DNA of 64,000 nucleotides from a virus (IMGVR_UViG_3300002143_000172:32001-96000), one strand, 5' to 3'. Shown: positions 1 to 7,022, counted from the stretch's first letter. The notes: a model not told the origin generated them from the letters alone. Made by a program: numbers and translations.

Positions 1-240
1 ATGTTGTAGCAAACGGACAAGCTCTGCGGCCTGTTCATTACTACATCGCATTGCTTCTTCCAAACACTCATCGTGTTCTTCAATATCTAAAAATTGGAAT
101 TGATGGACTTCTTTGAATTGGTGCTTGGGAGTTGGAAAATCTCCGGGCGGATCACAAATTTGGATCAGCATGGAGTTAGGACCACAATCGTGGTGCCGAC
201 CTTGCTTAATATCAGATAACGCTACATTTTCAATCCACAT
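1..240 (-). CDS. Protein-tyrosine/dual-specificity phosphatase-like protein, runs off left edge (MWIENVALSDIKQGRHHDCGPNSMLIQICDP...)
   Basis: Open frame from ATG at 240 with AGGAG SD; N-terminal pattern resembles phage PTP-like proteins; catalytic motif would lie outside the window. Confidence 0.5.
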   Translation of the reverse strand, partial: MWIENVALSDIKQGRHHDCGPNSMLIQICDPPGDFPTPKHQFKEVHQFQFLDIEEHDECLEEAMRCSNEQAAELVRLLQH

Positions 241-700
241 ACCAAATCTCCTTAAATCCTTCTTCTTCAGTGGGCTCTTCCCAACTGGCAATCATACTGG
301 CAACAACATGTTCCGGAACGATCTTTCCAGACTCCCATCGACTGGATAGTCGACGAACAAGTTCTTTATGTTCAGGTGTACGAAACACCACAGCAATATG
401 TTCATAGTCTGGCAACATACGAAACTTCTTAGCCCGACTAGCAATCGTAGTGCTGGTTTGATCCCAAATAATATCATTGCCCATTTCTCGAATGGCTACA
501 ACATTTGCGGCCATTAAATTAACTGCCTTGGGCATGTATTCTGTAAAAATTTCCGAATAGGTTTTCTTCAAGCGAGCGGCTTCTAATTCAACCCAATAGT
601 CAGTCGATACGATATGACATCTCTTGGCCCATTCTTGATTGGCGATCCAGGTACTTTTGCCCGAACCAGGCACTCCGACCATCTGATAACATCTTAGCAT
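230..700 (-). CDS. AAA_33 / polynucleotide-kinase-like P-loop kinase
   Basis: GVPGSGKST Walker A, IIWDQT, R-rich lid; start moved to 700 because the longer ORF overlaps a tRNA. Confidence 0.75.
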   Translation of the reverse strand: MLRCYQMVGVPGSGKSTWIANQEWAKRCHIVSTDYWVELEAARLKKTYSEIFTEYMPKAVNLMAANVVAIREMGNDIIWDQTSTTIASRAKKFRMLPDYEHIAVVFRTPEHKELVRRLSSRWESGKIVPEHVVASMIASWEEPTEEEGFKEIWYVD

Positions 701-721
701 ATAATACTTTCTAAAATAGGT

Positions 722-796
722 TGGTCCCGCTAGGAGGAATCGAACCTCCATCTTAACCTTAGGAGTGTTTTATTCTATCCATTGAACTATAGCGAG
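722..796 (-). tRNA. tRNA-Arg(CCT)
   Basis: Cloverleaf, loop CTCCTAA, encoded CCA; anticodon stem weak. Confidence 0.75.
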
Positions 797-809
797 GGGT
801 TAATAACAC

Positions 810-838
810 ATTATAGCATGATAAATGATTTGTGTCAA
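810..838 (-). promoter_or_regulatory. sigma70-type promoter
   Basis: TTGACA-17-TATAAT. Confidence 0.8.
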
Positions 839-847
839 ATGAAAAAC

Positions 848-903
848 AGGATCCGCTTTTTTCAAAGTTGAAGTTTGATTTTTTAATTTGCTGAAAGGAT
901 CCT
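848..903 (-). ncRNA. Small structured RNA with anticodon-arm mimic, copy 1
   Basis: AGGATCC/GGATCCT closing stem, CAGCAA motif, TCAAA-CTTCAAC-TTTGA; paralogue at 10669-10726. Confidence 0.55.
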
Positions 904-908
904 AAAAC

Positions 909-985
909 TGGTTGCAGTGGCAGGATTCGAACCTGCGATTCCCGGCTTATGAGACCGGACGGATAGACCACTTCCATACACTGCG
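909..985 (-). tRNA. tRNA-Met(CAT), initiator-like
   Basis: CAT anticodon, C1:A72 mismatch, CCA. Confidence 0.85.
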
Positions 986-990
986 ATAAT

Positions 991-1024
991 TGGTGGAGGA
1001 GACAGGGATCGAACCGATATCTCC
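991..1024 (-). pseudogene. 3' half of a tRNA-Ala-like gene
   Basis: GGTTCGATCCC...CTCCACCA with no 5' half adjacent. Confidence 0.7.
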
Positions 1025-1536
1025 TAAATGGTGGAGGTTAAGGGGATCGAACCCTTAACTCTGCCTTGCAAAGGCAGCGTGTTCCCATTAGCACTAAACC
1101 CCCATTTGTATTCAACTGCTTGCTCTATTAAAGGAGCAACTTCGTCTTTCCATTTGCTATGTACCATTTCGTGATGATTTGGACATAATGGTATTAAGTT
1201 CTGCGGATCGTTATTATCGTGATTCTCATCTATATGATGTATTGCTACAATCTTATCAAATCCGCAAATAACACATTCGTGTTTCCAATGCTGTAAAGCA
1301 ATAGTCTTATAATGCGTAGCATTATCATTCCACCACTCTTGTCTATTGTTAGCACAACTACGACTACAGAACTTTGCTCGTTCATATGTCTTAGTTTTTA
1401 TGCGTCCTTCAAATATAAACTCTGTACCACAGCGTTCACATTCTTTAGTATGTTTTGCAACAGGACCAAATCGTTTATCGTTCTTTTCCTGTTGTAGGAG
1501 TTTGTATTGTTCAGTGTTATATTTTCCGTTGTTCAT
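1024..1536 (-). CDS. HNH homing endonuclease
   Basis: CxxC motifs, KFCSRSCAN, IHHID...N...NLIPLCPNHH; C-terminus reads through tRNA-Ala. Confidence 0.85.
   Translation of the reverse strand: MNNGKYNTEQYKLLQQEKNDKRFGPVAKHTKECERCGTEFIFEGRIKTKTYERAKFCSRSCANNRQEWWNDNATHYKTIALQHWKHECVICGFDKIVAIHHIDENHDNNDPQNLIPLCPNHHEMVHSKWKDEVAPLIEQAVEYKWGFSANGNTLPLQGRVKGSIPLTSTI
1029..1103 (-). tRNA. tRNA-Ala(TGC)
   Basis: G3:U70, loop TTTGCAA, CCA. Confidence 0.9.
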
Positions 1537-1567
1537 ACTTTATTTATCATAAAGTGCGAAATACGAA

Positions 1568-1596
1568 CGCTGTTCTATCAACTGAGCTACACCCCC
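1568..1596 (-). pseudogene. 5' half of a tRNA-Ala-like gene
   Basis: GGGGGTGTAGCTCAGTTGATAGAACAGCG then breaks into the HNH leader. Confidence 0.7.
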
Positions 1597-1637
1597 ATTT
1601 ATTCTTTTCTGCTAACAATCCTACAAGGGAACAAACT

Positions 1638-1714
1638 TGGTCGGAGTACAAGGATTCGAACCTTGGACCTCCTGGTCCCAAACCAGGCGCACTACCAGGC
1701 TGTGCTACACTCCG
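1638..1714 (-). tRNA. tRNA-Pro(TGG)
   Basis: Canonical cloverleaf, loop TTTGGGA. Confidence 0.92.
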
Positions 1715-1721
1715 AATATTC

Positions 1722-1796
1722 TGGTGGGTGATGAGAGGATCGAACTCCCGACAAACTGCGTGTAAGGCAGCGACTCTACCGCTGAGCTAATCACCC
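1722..1796 (-). tRNA. tRNA-Val(TAC)
   Basis: Cloverleaf, loop CTTACAC. Confidence 0.92.
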
Positions 1797-1801
1797 AAAT
1801 A

Positions 1802-1875
1802 TGGAGCGGGATGGGAGAATCGAACTCCCAACTTCAGTTTGGAAAACTGAGGTAATACCATTTTACGAATCCCGC
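1802..1875 (-). tRNA. tRNA-Gly(TCC)
   Basis: Cloverleaf, loop TTTCCAA, U73. Confidence 0.92.
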
Positions 1876-2016
1876 ACTCTCTAATCAAATACATCCATGC
1901 CGTTTTCCTAGAGGGTGGCCGTTCCCAATACCTAGACTACATCTAAGTTAAATGTGTTTTAAAAAAGTTTATCACAGATATTTAGTTTATCAATTTAGTG
2001 GTATATAAATATCTTG

Positions 2017-2697
2017 ATGAATATCGATCACAATCCTTATCAATGCTACGCCAATCAAGAATTGAAATGGCTCCCAATGGATACGGAAAATTTGTATAAA
2101 CGAAATCTCAAAGTTAACTATTTTCTTCTTGAAAAATTTAATTGGCTAAATTCAAATTTTACTTATAAATTTAACAGCCAAGGATTTCGTTGCGATGAGT
2201 TTACTAACAGTCCTTCTATTGTTTTTTTAGGATGTAGTATAACAGTAGGCATTGGAATACCTGTAGAAACAACCTGGGCAAGTTTAGTATCTAATCAATT
2301 AAATCTTTCTTGTTATAACTTAGGTATAGGCGGCTCATCAAACAATACTGCATTTCGATTAGCACATATATGGTTAAAAAAAATTAAACCTAAAGTGGTT
2401 GTATTTTGTCAAACCTATCCAGAAAGATTAGAAGTGTTTAACGAAAATGGAATAATATCTAATATAGCATCGGATTGCGGTGAGTTTTATAATCACTGGT
2501 TGTCCAATGAAAACAACAGCGCATTAAACCAAATTAAAAACAGGTTAGCAATTCAACAGTTATGCAATTCTTTTGATATTAAATTTGTGCATACCAGTGT
2601 GCATAATTTTGAATTTATTGATCAAGCAAGAGACCTGGCACATCCAGGAATTACATCAAATCAAAAGTTTTCGAAGTTAGTGCTAGAACTGATATAG
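2017..2697 (+). CDS. SGNH-like hypothetical protein
   Basis: FLGCSITVG and DLAHPG motifs; TAAATA 5 nt before ATG. Confidence 0.6.
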   Translation: MNIDHNPYQCYANQELKWLPMDTENLYKRNLKVNYFLLEKFNWLNSNFTYKFNSQGFRCDEFTNSPSIVFLGCSITVGIGIPVETTWASLVSNQLNLSCYNLGIGGSSNNTAFRLAHIWLKKIKPKVVVFCQTYPERLEVFNENGIISNIASDCGEFYNHWLSNENNSALNQIKNRLAIQQLCNSFDIKFVHTSVHNFEFIDQARDLAHPGITSNQKFSKLVLELI

Positions 2698-2704
2698 TTA
2701 TAAA

Positions 2705-2910
2705 AGTGTTACTGCCACTTCCACCACAGAAGCCCAATAACTGAGTAGTTACCCTGTCCATAACATTTATTCTTATGGGATGGCGTTAGACCACACCCTA
2801 GACAGTTCTCGGTATTCCCTAAAGAGGAACCGTAAGGTCAAGTTCTAGTGTACCCCCTGGTCTCTCGTTACAGGGACGCTCTTTTATTTACGGCAAAGAG
2901 TAAACCGGGT
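2705..2910 (-). ncRNA. Putative ~200-nt structured ncRNA
   Basis: GC-richer non-coding tract directly 3' of tRNA-Thr with several hairpins. Confidence 0.45.
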
Positions 2911-2915
2911 TATTC

Positions 2916-2989
2916 TGGTGCCCCTTGACAGAATCGAACTGCCATCAACGGATTACAAAACCATTGTATTACCATTATACTAAAGGGGC
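2916..2989 (-). tRNA. tRNA-Thr(TGT)
   Basis: Cloverleaf, loop TTTGTAA. Confidence 0.9.
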
Positions 2990-3017
2990 CTTAAGTTTTT
3001 TGTAACACTTCATTATT

Positions 3018-3257
3018 TCACTTATTTTTAGATCCTAATTTATATTCTAAATCTTTAGAAGCATCTAGTATTGTATCTTCGGTGCTCAATATATCTTGAT
3101 ACTCATTCTTACTTACACCTGTATTATCTTCTACCGGAGTATCTGGAATTAGTTTCTTCATATATGTTGGAACATGTTTCCCAAAGATACTTTCAAAATT
3201 ATTATCAAAAGTTTTCCCATCCACACTTTTTGGACGAGGCCTCGAACCTTTACTCAT
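3018..3257 (-). CDS. Hypothetical protein (MSKGSRPRP...)
   Basis: ORF coupled to the omega gene. Confidence 0.6.
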   Translation of the reverse strand: MSKGSRPRPKSVDGKTFDNNFESIFGKHVPTYMKKLIPDTPVEDNTGVSKNEYQDILSTEDTILDASKDLEYKLGSKNK

Positions 3258-3481
3258 CTAATCTTCCTTAAATGATCTCTACCAATTTTACCTTCTTCAA
3301 TTTCTTTTAAGGCCAATACTGCGGCGGTACTTCCGTTGTTGTTTTCTACCAACGGCATTGCACCACGCTTCAATTCTCGAACACGGGTTGATGCAATTAA
3401 TACCAAGTCAAATCTACTGCCCCCAACATTCTTAACACATTTTTCAATGTCGTTCATTGTTCGTTCTAGTTTTTTTGTCAT
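3254..3481 (-). CDS. rpoZ: RNA polymerase omega subunit homologue
   Basis: SRFDLVLIASTRVREL...ALKEIEEGKI matches the RpoZ pattern; start at 3481 after tRNA-Leu. Confidence 0.85.
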   Translation of the reverse strand: MTKKLERTMNDIEKCVKNVGGSRFDLVLIASTRVRELKRGAMPLVENNNGSTAAVLALKEIEEGKIGRDHLRKIR

Positions 3482-3503
3482 AGTTGCCTTAGTTAAAAAA
3501 TTG

Positions 3504-3587
3504 TGGTGCCCCAGGCGAGACTCGAACTCGCAACCCTTTCGGGGACGGCTTCTAAGACCGCTGTGTAAACCATTCCACCACCGGGGC
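3504..3587 (-). tRNA. tRNA-Leu(TAG), long variable arm
   Basis: Canonical class II cloverleaf. Confidence 0.92.
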
Positions 3588-3645
3588 ATAATAAAATACA
3601 TTGTAGCAGGATATTTATATCTTGTCAACCTGCTTAAAACAAAAT

Positions 3646-3722
3646 TGGTGGGCCAGATCGGATTCGAACCGATGATCAACGGCTTATGAGGCCGCTGCTT
3701 TAGGCCTCTAAGCTACTGGCCC
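3646..3722 (-). tRNA. tRNA(CAT), probably Ile2 (lysidine type)
   Basis: CAT anticodon, GGGCC acceptor; Ile2 versus elongator Met uncertain. Confidence 0.8.
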
Positions 3723-3745
3723 AATTTTAAATACTAAATATTGTT

Positions 3746-4321
3746 ATGAACTTTAACATCTCTGTAGATACACAGTATGGCATAATGCTTAGTGGCGGTA
3801 TTGATAGTGCTATATTGTTCTATCTGTTAATTAAAGAGGAACCAAAAATAAGACTCCAACCGTTTACTATTCCCAAAGTTGACGGCGCATACTTATATGC
3901 TGATCCGCTCATTGATTATTTTAATAATAAATTTAACTTAACAATTCCACACACGATTAAAGTAGGTGATCCGACTTTACATCACACAAAACAGGGTCAA
4001 AGTGGATATACTGATATTCGAAAGTTTTATAAAAATATACAGATCGTATTCTGTGCTCTTAACGCAGTTCCTTTAGAATTACAAGACGGTCGTCATCCTA
4101 TAAGGCTGATGCACGGACCTACTAACCTTAAATTGCCATTTGTTAATATGTTCAAGGATCAAATTCTTCAAATTATGTATGATGAAGGGCAAACTGATCT
4201 TATTGATCTCACCCATTCGTGTACAGAAAGAACTGTGGGACGATGTAATCATTGTTGGCAATGCGGTGAACGCAGTTGGGCATTTAATAAACTAAACAAA
4301 GTTGATACCGGAACAAAATAA
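3746..4321 (+). CDS. QueC-like PP-loop ATPase
   Basis: SGGIDS PP-loop; C-terminal SC...CNHCWQC Zn motif. Confidence 0.7.
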   Translation: MNFNISVDTQYGIMLSGGIDSAILFYLLIKEEPKIRLQPFTIPKVDGAYLYADPLIDYFNNKFNLTIPHTIKVGDPTLHHTKQGQSGYTDIRKFYKNIQIVFCALNAVPLELQDGRHPIRLMHGPTNLKLPFVNMFKDQILQIMYDEGQTDLIDLTHSCTERTVGRCNHCWQCGERSWAFNKLNKVDTGTK

Positions 4322-4323
4322 CA

Positions 4324-4397
4324 TGGTGCCCGGAGCCGGACTCGAACTTGTGATAAAGGCTTATCAAGCCTCCGTTATACCGTTTAACTACAGAGCT
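4324..4397 (-). pseudogene. Chimeric tRNA: 5' Ile(GAT) joined to a Leu-type 3' end at the T-loop
   Basis: Acceptor and T stems do not pair; junction at GTTCGA. Confidence 0.7.
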
Positions 4398-4409
4398 GTC
4401 TTACTAACT

Positions 4410-4708
4410 TGGTGCTCCGAGCCGGAATCGAACCGGCACGCCATTACAGCGAGGGATTTTCTTACCACTATAGTTTTCACTACCTTTGCAGTTTGGTGGT
4501 CTGGACTATACCTTCATCATAGCATTACTGCCTTAGATGCTCGCCGTCTAGTCTCTACACGTTCAAAGTAATTTCTTACTAAGCTTCGCTCGGTATTAGC
4601 ATGTTAAAGCCTTCACCGAATTTGACGAGTTCTACTCCCGGCATTTCCACCGGGGCACTCAAATTTTACTCTCAAGTCCCTTGTGTCTACCTATTTCACC
4701 ATCAGAGC
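4410..4708 (-). tRNA. tRNA-Leu(TAA) split by a group I intron (exons 4674-4708 and 4410-4460)
   Basis: Spliced loop GGGA-CTT|AAAA-TCCC; acceptor GCTCTGA/TCGGAGC. Confidence 0.9.
4461..4673 (-). mobile_element. Group I intron, 213 nt, no ORF
   Basis: P/Q/R/S-like motifs AAATTCGGTGAA, AATACCGAGC, GTAGAGACTAGACGG, AAGGTATAGTCC; inserted after a U and ends in G. Confidence 0.9.
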
Positions 4709-5293
4709 AATTAATCTTTTCATTCTTTCGTAGTTGCCGCCTTTTGCAGCTAGTCCTACTTCTAATAATGCTTGTCGTATGTTACTACATTTTGCATATG
4801 CTGTCAATAGCTCTTGGTCAGTTACTTTAACTTTCCCCGAGTTGATATTTCTACCTCTCCATGTTGGAGTTAATGCATGACAGTTACAACATAATAGTTT
4901 AAGATTTTCCCTTGTATTATGTTTGTTATCACCGTCGACATGCTCTAATTCTAACGGTATAGGACTGGACTGCCACTCGGTCAATCCACACCCTTCACAT
5001 TGGTAACCTCGCTCTTGTATAAGAGCCGATTTGTGATTACCAATACCATCGTACTCAAATTTTGTATTGGAATAATTACCTTTATTCCAATTCATTTTAG
5101 TTTTGGTGTCCGCTGGCAAATTTGCATACCTGATTTTTGCAGGCAAACGATTACCTAACTCGTATACTGCTTTAGTTCTTTCTGAGTTAATTGCTTTAAG
5201 TACACTGCATCCTGCGGGTCTGGCGCAACAGCAATTTTTACCATTTTTTAAAACAAACTTAGATGCAGTGTTGCATCCGTAATCACATAACAT
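4691..5293 (-). CDS. HNH homing endonuclease
   Basis: CEGCG...LELEHVDGDNKHN...NLKLLCCNCH; stop codon lies inside tRNA-Leu exon 1. Confidence 0.88.
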   Translation of the reverse strand: MLCDYGCNTASKFVLKNGKNCCCARPAGCSVLKAINSERTKAVYELGNRLPAKIRYANLPADTKTKMNWNKGNYSNTKFEYDGIGNHKSALIQERGYQCEGCGLTEWQSSPIPLELEHVDGDNKHNTRENLKLLCCNCHALTPTWRGRNINSGKVKVTDQELLTAYAKCSNIRQALLEVGLAAKGGNYERMKRLIALMVK

Positions 5294-5370
5294 AACATAC
5301 TCCTGTTATGTGTATTTAGTAGGTAGGCACAGAATGCTTAACTTAAACTACCAATTACTCTATAAAAACT

Positions 5371-5438
5371 TGGTACACCGTGCGGAATGCGTACCCGCCG
5401 TGAAAGGGTGATGTCCTAGGCCTCTAGACGAACGGGAC
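5371..5438 (-). pseudogene. tRNA-Glu(TTC) pseudogene/chimera lacking a T-loop
   Basis: Canonical Glu 5' half GTCCCGTTCGTCTAGAGGCCTAGGAC...CTTTCAC; 3' part mismatched. Confidence 0.7.
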
Positions 5439-5455
5439 AAAAATGTTACTTTTAA

Positions 5456-5467
5456 TTTTTAAAGAGC
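5456..5467 (-). promoter_or_regulatory. boxA-like antitermination site
   Basis: GCTCTTTAAAAA just downstream of a promoter; rrn boxA consensus is TGCTCTTTAACA. Confidence 0.55.
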
Positions 5468-5492
5468 GTGTTAATTTCTTAACTTATGCATT

Positions 5493-5521
5493 ATTATAGC
5501 ATACTACTGCAGGTGTGTCAA
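5493..5521 (-). promoter_or_regulatory. sigma70-type promoter
   Basis: TTGACA-17-TATAAT. Confidence 0.8.
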
Positions 5522-6195
5522 GCAGTTTTAACGCTTTGGGAAGGTAATATAAAGTTTCCCGCCTGTGCTTTTTCGATAACTTGCGAAAAATTCATCGATA
5601 AACATTTCAACCTTAGGAACACCCGCTGTTTATCATTGTTCCTTACACCGTGTATGGTATGACCGTTAAACATGCTTGGGTGATCTAGACTGTAATTATA
5701 ACTATAAATTAGATCTCTTTTTGGTATTACTGGATAACTTGTTGCCCGCTGCCAAACAGACCCCGGTGGCATCCTGTAAAAATCAATTGGACTTGCATCA
5801 CTATCGGGTAAGATCGGGAACATGATCCCACAATACATATGAAAGTCTATGTGAGGTACAAAATTATAACCTGGACCATAGATTAAGATATCTACATCGG
5901 CTCCCTGCAACGGTTGGTCAAAGTTGAATTGTTCCACTAATTTTTTTATCGGATCAAAATCTTTTACATGTTTACCCAATGTAAAATAGGTATCGATCGA
6001 ATCAAATAGTCCAGCTGAATCTTCCTTAAACCGTTTATTGTGCGTCATGTTGTTTGATGCGTGTTTATTGGAAAACTTATTCATTAGTTTGCCAAAACTG
6101 ACTTGGTATTGTTTTACACTTTCATACCAATCTTTTAACTCTTCTCGATCGTATGTTATTTCGTCAAACACTACATGATGATCGAATACTTGCAT
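5518..6195 (-). CDS. 2OG-Fe(II) oxygenase-like protein
   Basis: PHID...HGVRN...R facial-triad pattern. Confidence 0.6.
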   Translation of the reverse strand: MQVFDHHVVFDEITYDREELKDWYESVKQYQVSFGKLMNKFSNKHASNNMTHNKRFKEDSAGLFDSIDTYFTLGKHVKDFDPIKKLVEQFNFDQPLQGADVDILIYGPGYNFVPHIDFHMYCGIMFPILPDSDASPIDFYRMPPGSVWQRATSYPVIPKRDLIYSYNYSLDHPSMFNGHTIHGVRNNDKQRVFLRLKCLSMNFSQVIEKAQAGNFILPSQSVKTA

Positions 6196-6217
6196 GGAAT
6201 TATTTAGTAACCTAACT

Positions 6218-6291
6218 TGGTGCTCAAGAATAGAATCGAACTATTGATTGCTCCTTACCATGGAGCCGTTATTCCATTTAACTACAAGAGC
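6218..6291 (-). tRNA. tRNA-Thr(GGT)
   Basis: Loop ATGGTAA; two U-U mismatches in acceptor. Confidence 0.8.
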
Positions 6292-6298
6292 AAAAATA

Positions 6299-6390
6299 TG
6301 GTGGAGAGTGAGAGATTCGAACTCTCGGACCCACTTGCGTGGATCGACAGGTTAGCAACCTGCTGCCTTAGACCACTCGGCCAACTCTCC
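6299..6390 (-). tRNA. tRNA-Ser(GCT)
   Basis: Class II cloverleaf, loop TTGCTAA. Confidence 0.9.
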
Positions 6391-6400
6391 TAAATCTATT

Positions 6401-6497
6401 CGGTACGACCGGTAGGGTTCGAACCTACAAGGGCTATGTCTAAGACGGTGCCCCATCCTGCTCAACGCAGAGGTCTGCCAATTCCACTCACGGTCGC
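6401..6497 (-). ncRNA. tRNA-like RNA with aberrant anticodon arm
   Basis: Acceptor, D and T arms present; 4-bp/5-nt hairpin plus extra arm replace the anticodon arm; ends ACCG. Confidence 0.6.
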
Positions 6498-6503
6498 AAG
6501 TAT

Positions 6504-6532
6504 ATTATATACTTATCCGTGGTACTTGTCAA
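6504..6532 (-). promoter_or_regulatory. sigma70-type promoter
   Basis: TTGACA-17-TATAAT. Confidence 0.75.
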
Positions 6533-6541
6533 CTAAAATAT

Positions 6542-6616
6542 TGGTCCGCCCACCAGGAATCGAACCTGGAATCACACTTTAGAAGAATGTTGTTATATCC
6601 ATTTAACTATGGGCAG
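6542..6616 (-). tRNA. tRNA-Arg(TCT)
   Basis: Loop CTTCTAA, CCA. Confidence 0.9.
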
Positions 6617-6711
6617 TGAGTCTCTAGTATAACATACTATTTTGTTTATGTCAATTCTGCTCATATAAATAGCTTTATGAATGTTATTTTTTGGAACGGC
6701 GGAATTAAAAT

Positions 6712-6785
6712 TGGCAGGGGCACTAGGGATCGAACCTAGACTAACAGAGTCAAAGTCTGTTGTGCTACCATTACACAATGCCCCA
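6712..6785 (-). tRNA. tRNA-Gln(TTG)
   Basis: Loop CTTTGAC, G73. Confidence 0.9.
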
Positions 6786-6947
6786 ACAAAAAGGTTTTCA
6801 AGAGCCCAACTATCCTCCTGGGAGGACTCATTGGATTGTCTCGACAAGGCAAGTTTATACAACCGTCATCGCCGTCTGCGGTGTCATACAGCCAACCAAA
6901 ACTGTACTAGGCTTGCGGGACTCGAACCTTGCGTCTATCTTGAAATT

Positions 6948-7022
6948 TGGTAGTAATGGAAAGAGTCGAACTTTCACAGCGCACCGTATGAAGGTGTTGC
7001 ACTACCATTATGCTACATTACC
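6948..7022 (-). tRNA. tRNA-Met(CAT)
   Basis: Loop TTCATAC, CCA. Confidence 0.85.

Noticed and set aside
862-878. UCA loop as an opal suppressor or selenocysteine tRNA
   Set aside because: No acceptor CCA, D arm or T arm; only an isolated hairpin
2705-2910. RNase P RNA or a second group I intron
   Set aside because: Lacks GAGGAAAGUCC/AAAACCCGGCUUA-type P4 strands in the right order and lacks intron R/S motifs; kept only as an unassigned ncRNA
3746-4321. Complete 7-deazaguanine (queuosine/dpd) pathway
   Set aside because: Only a divergent QueC-like protein; no FolE, QueD, QueE or DpdA recognised in the window
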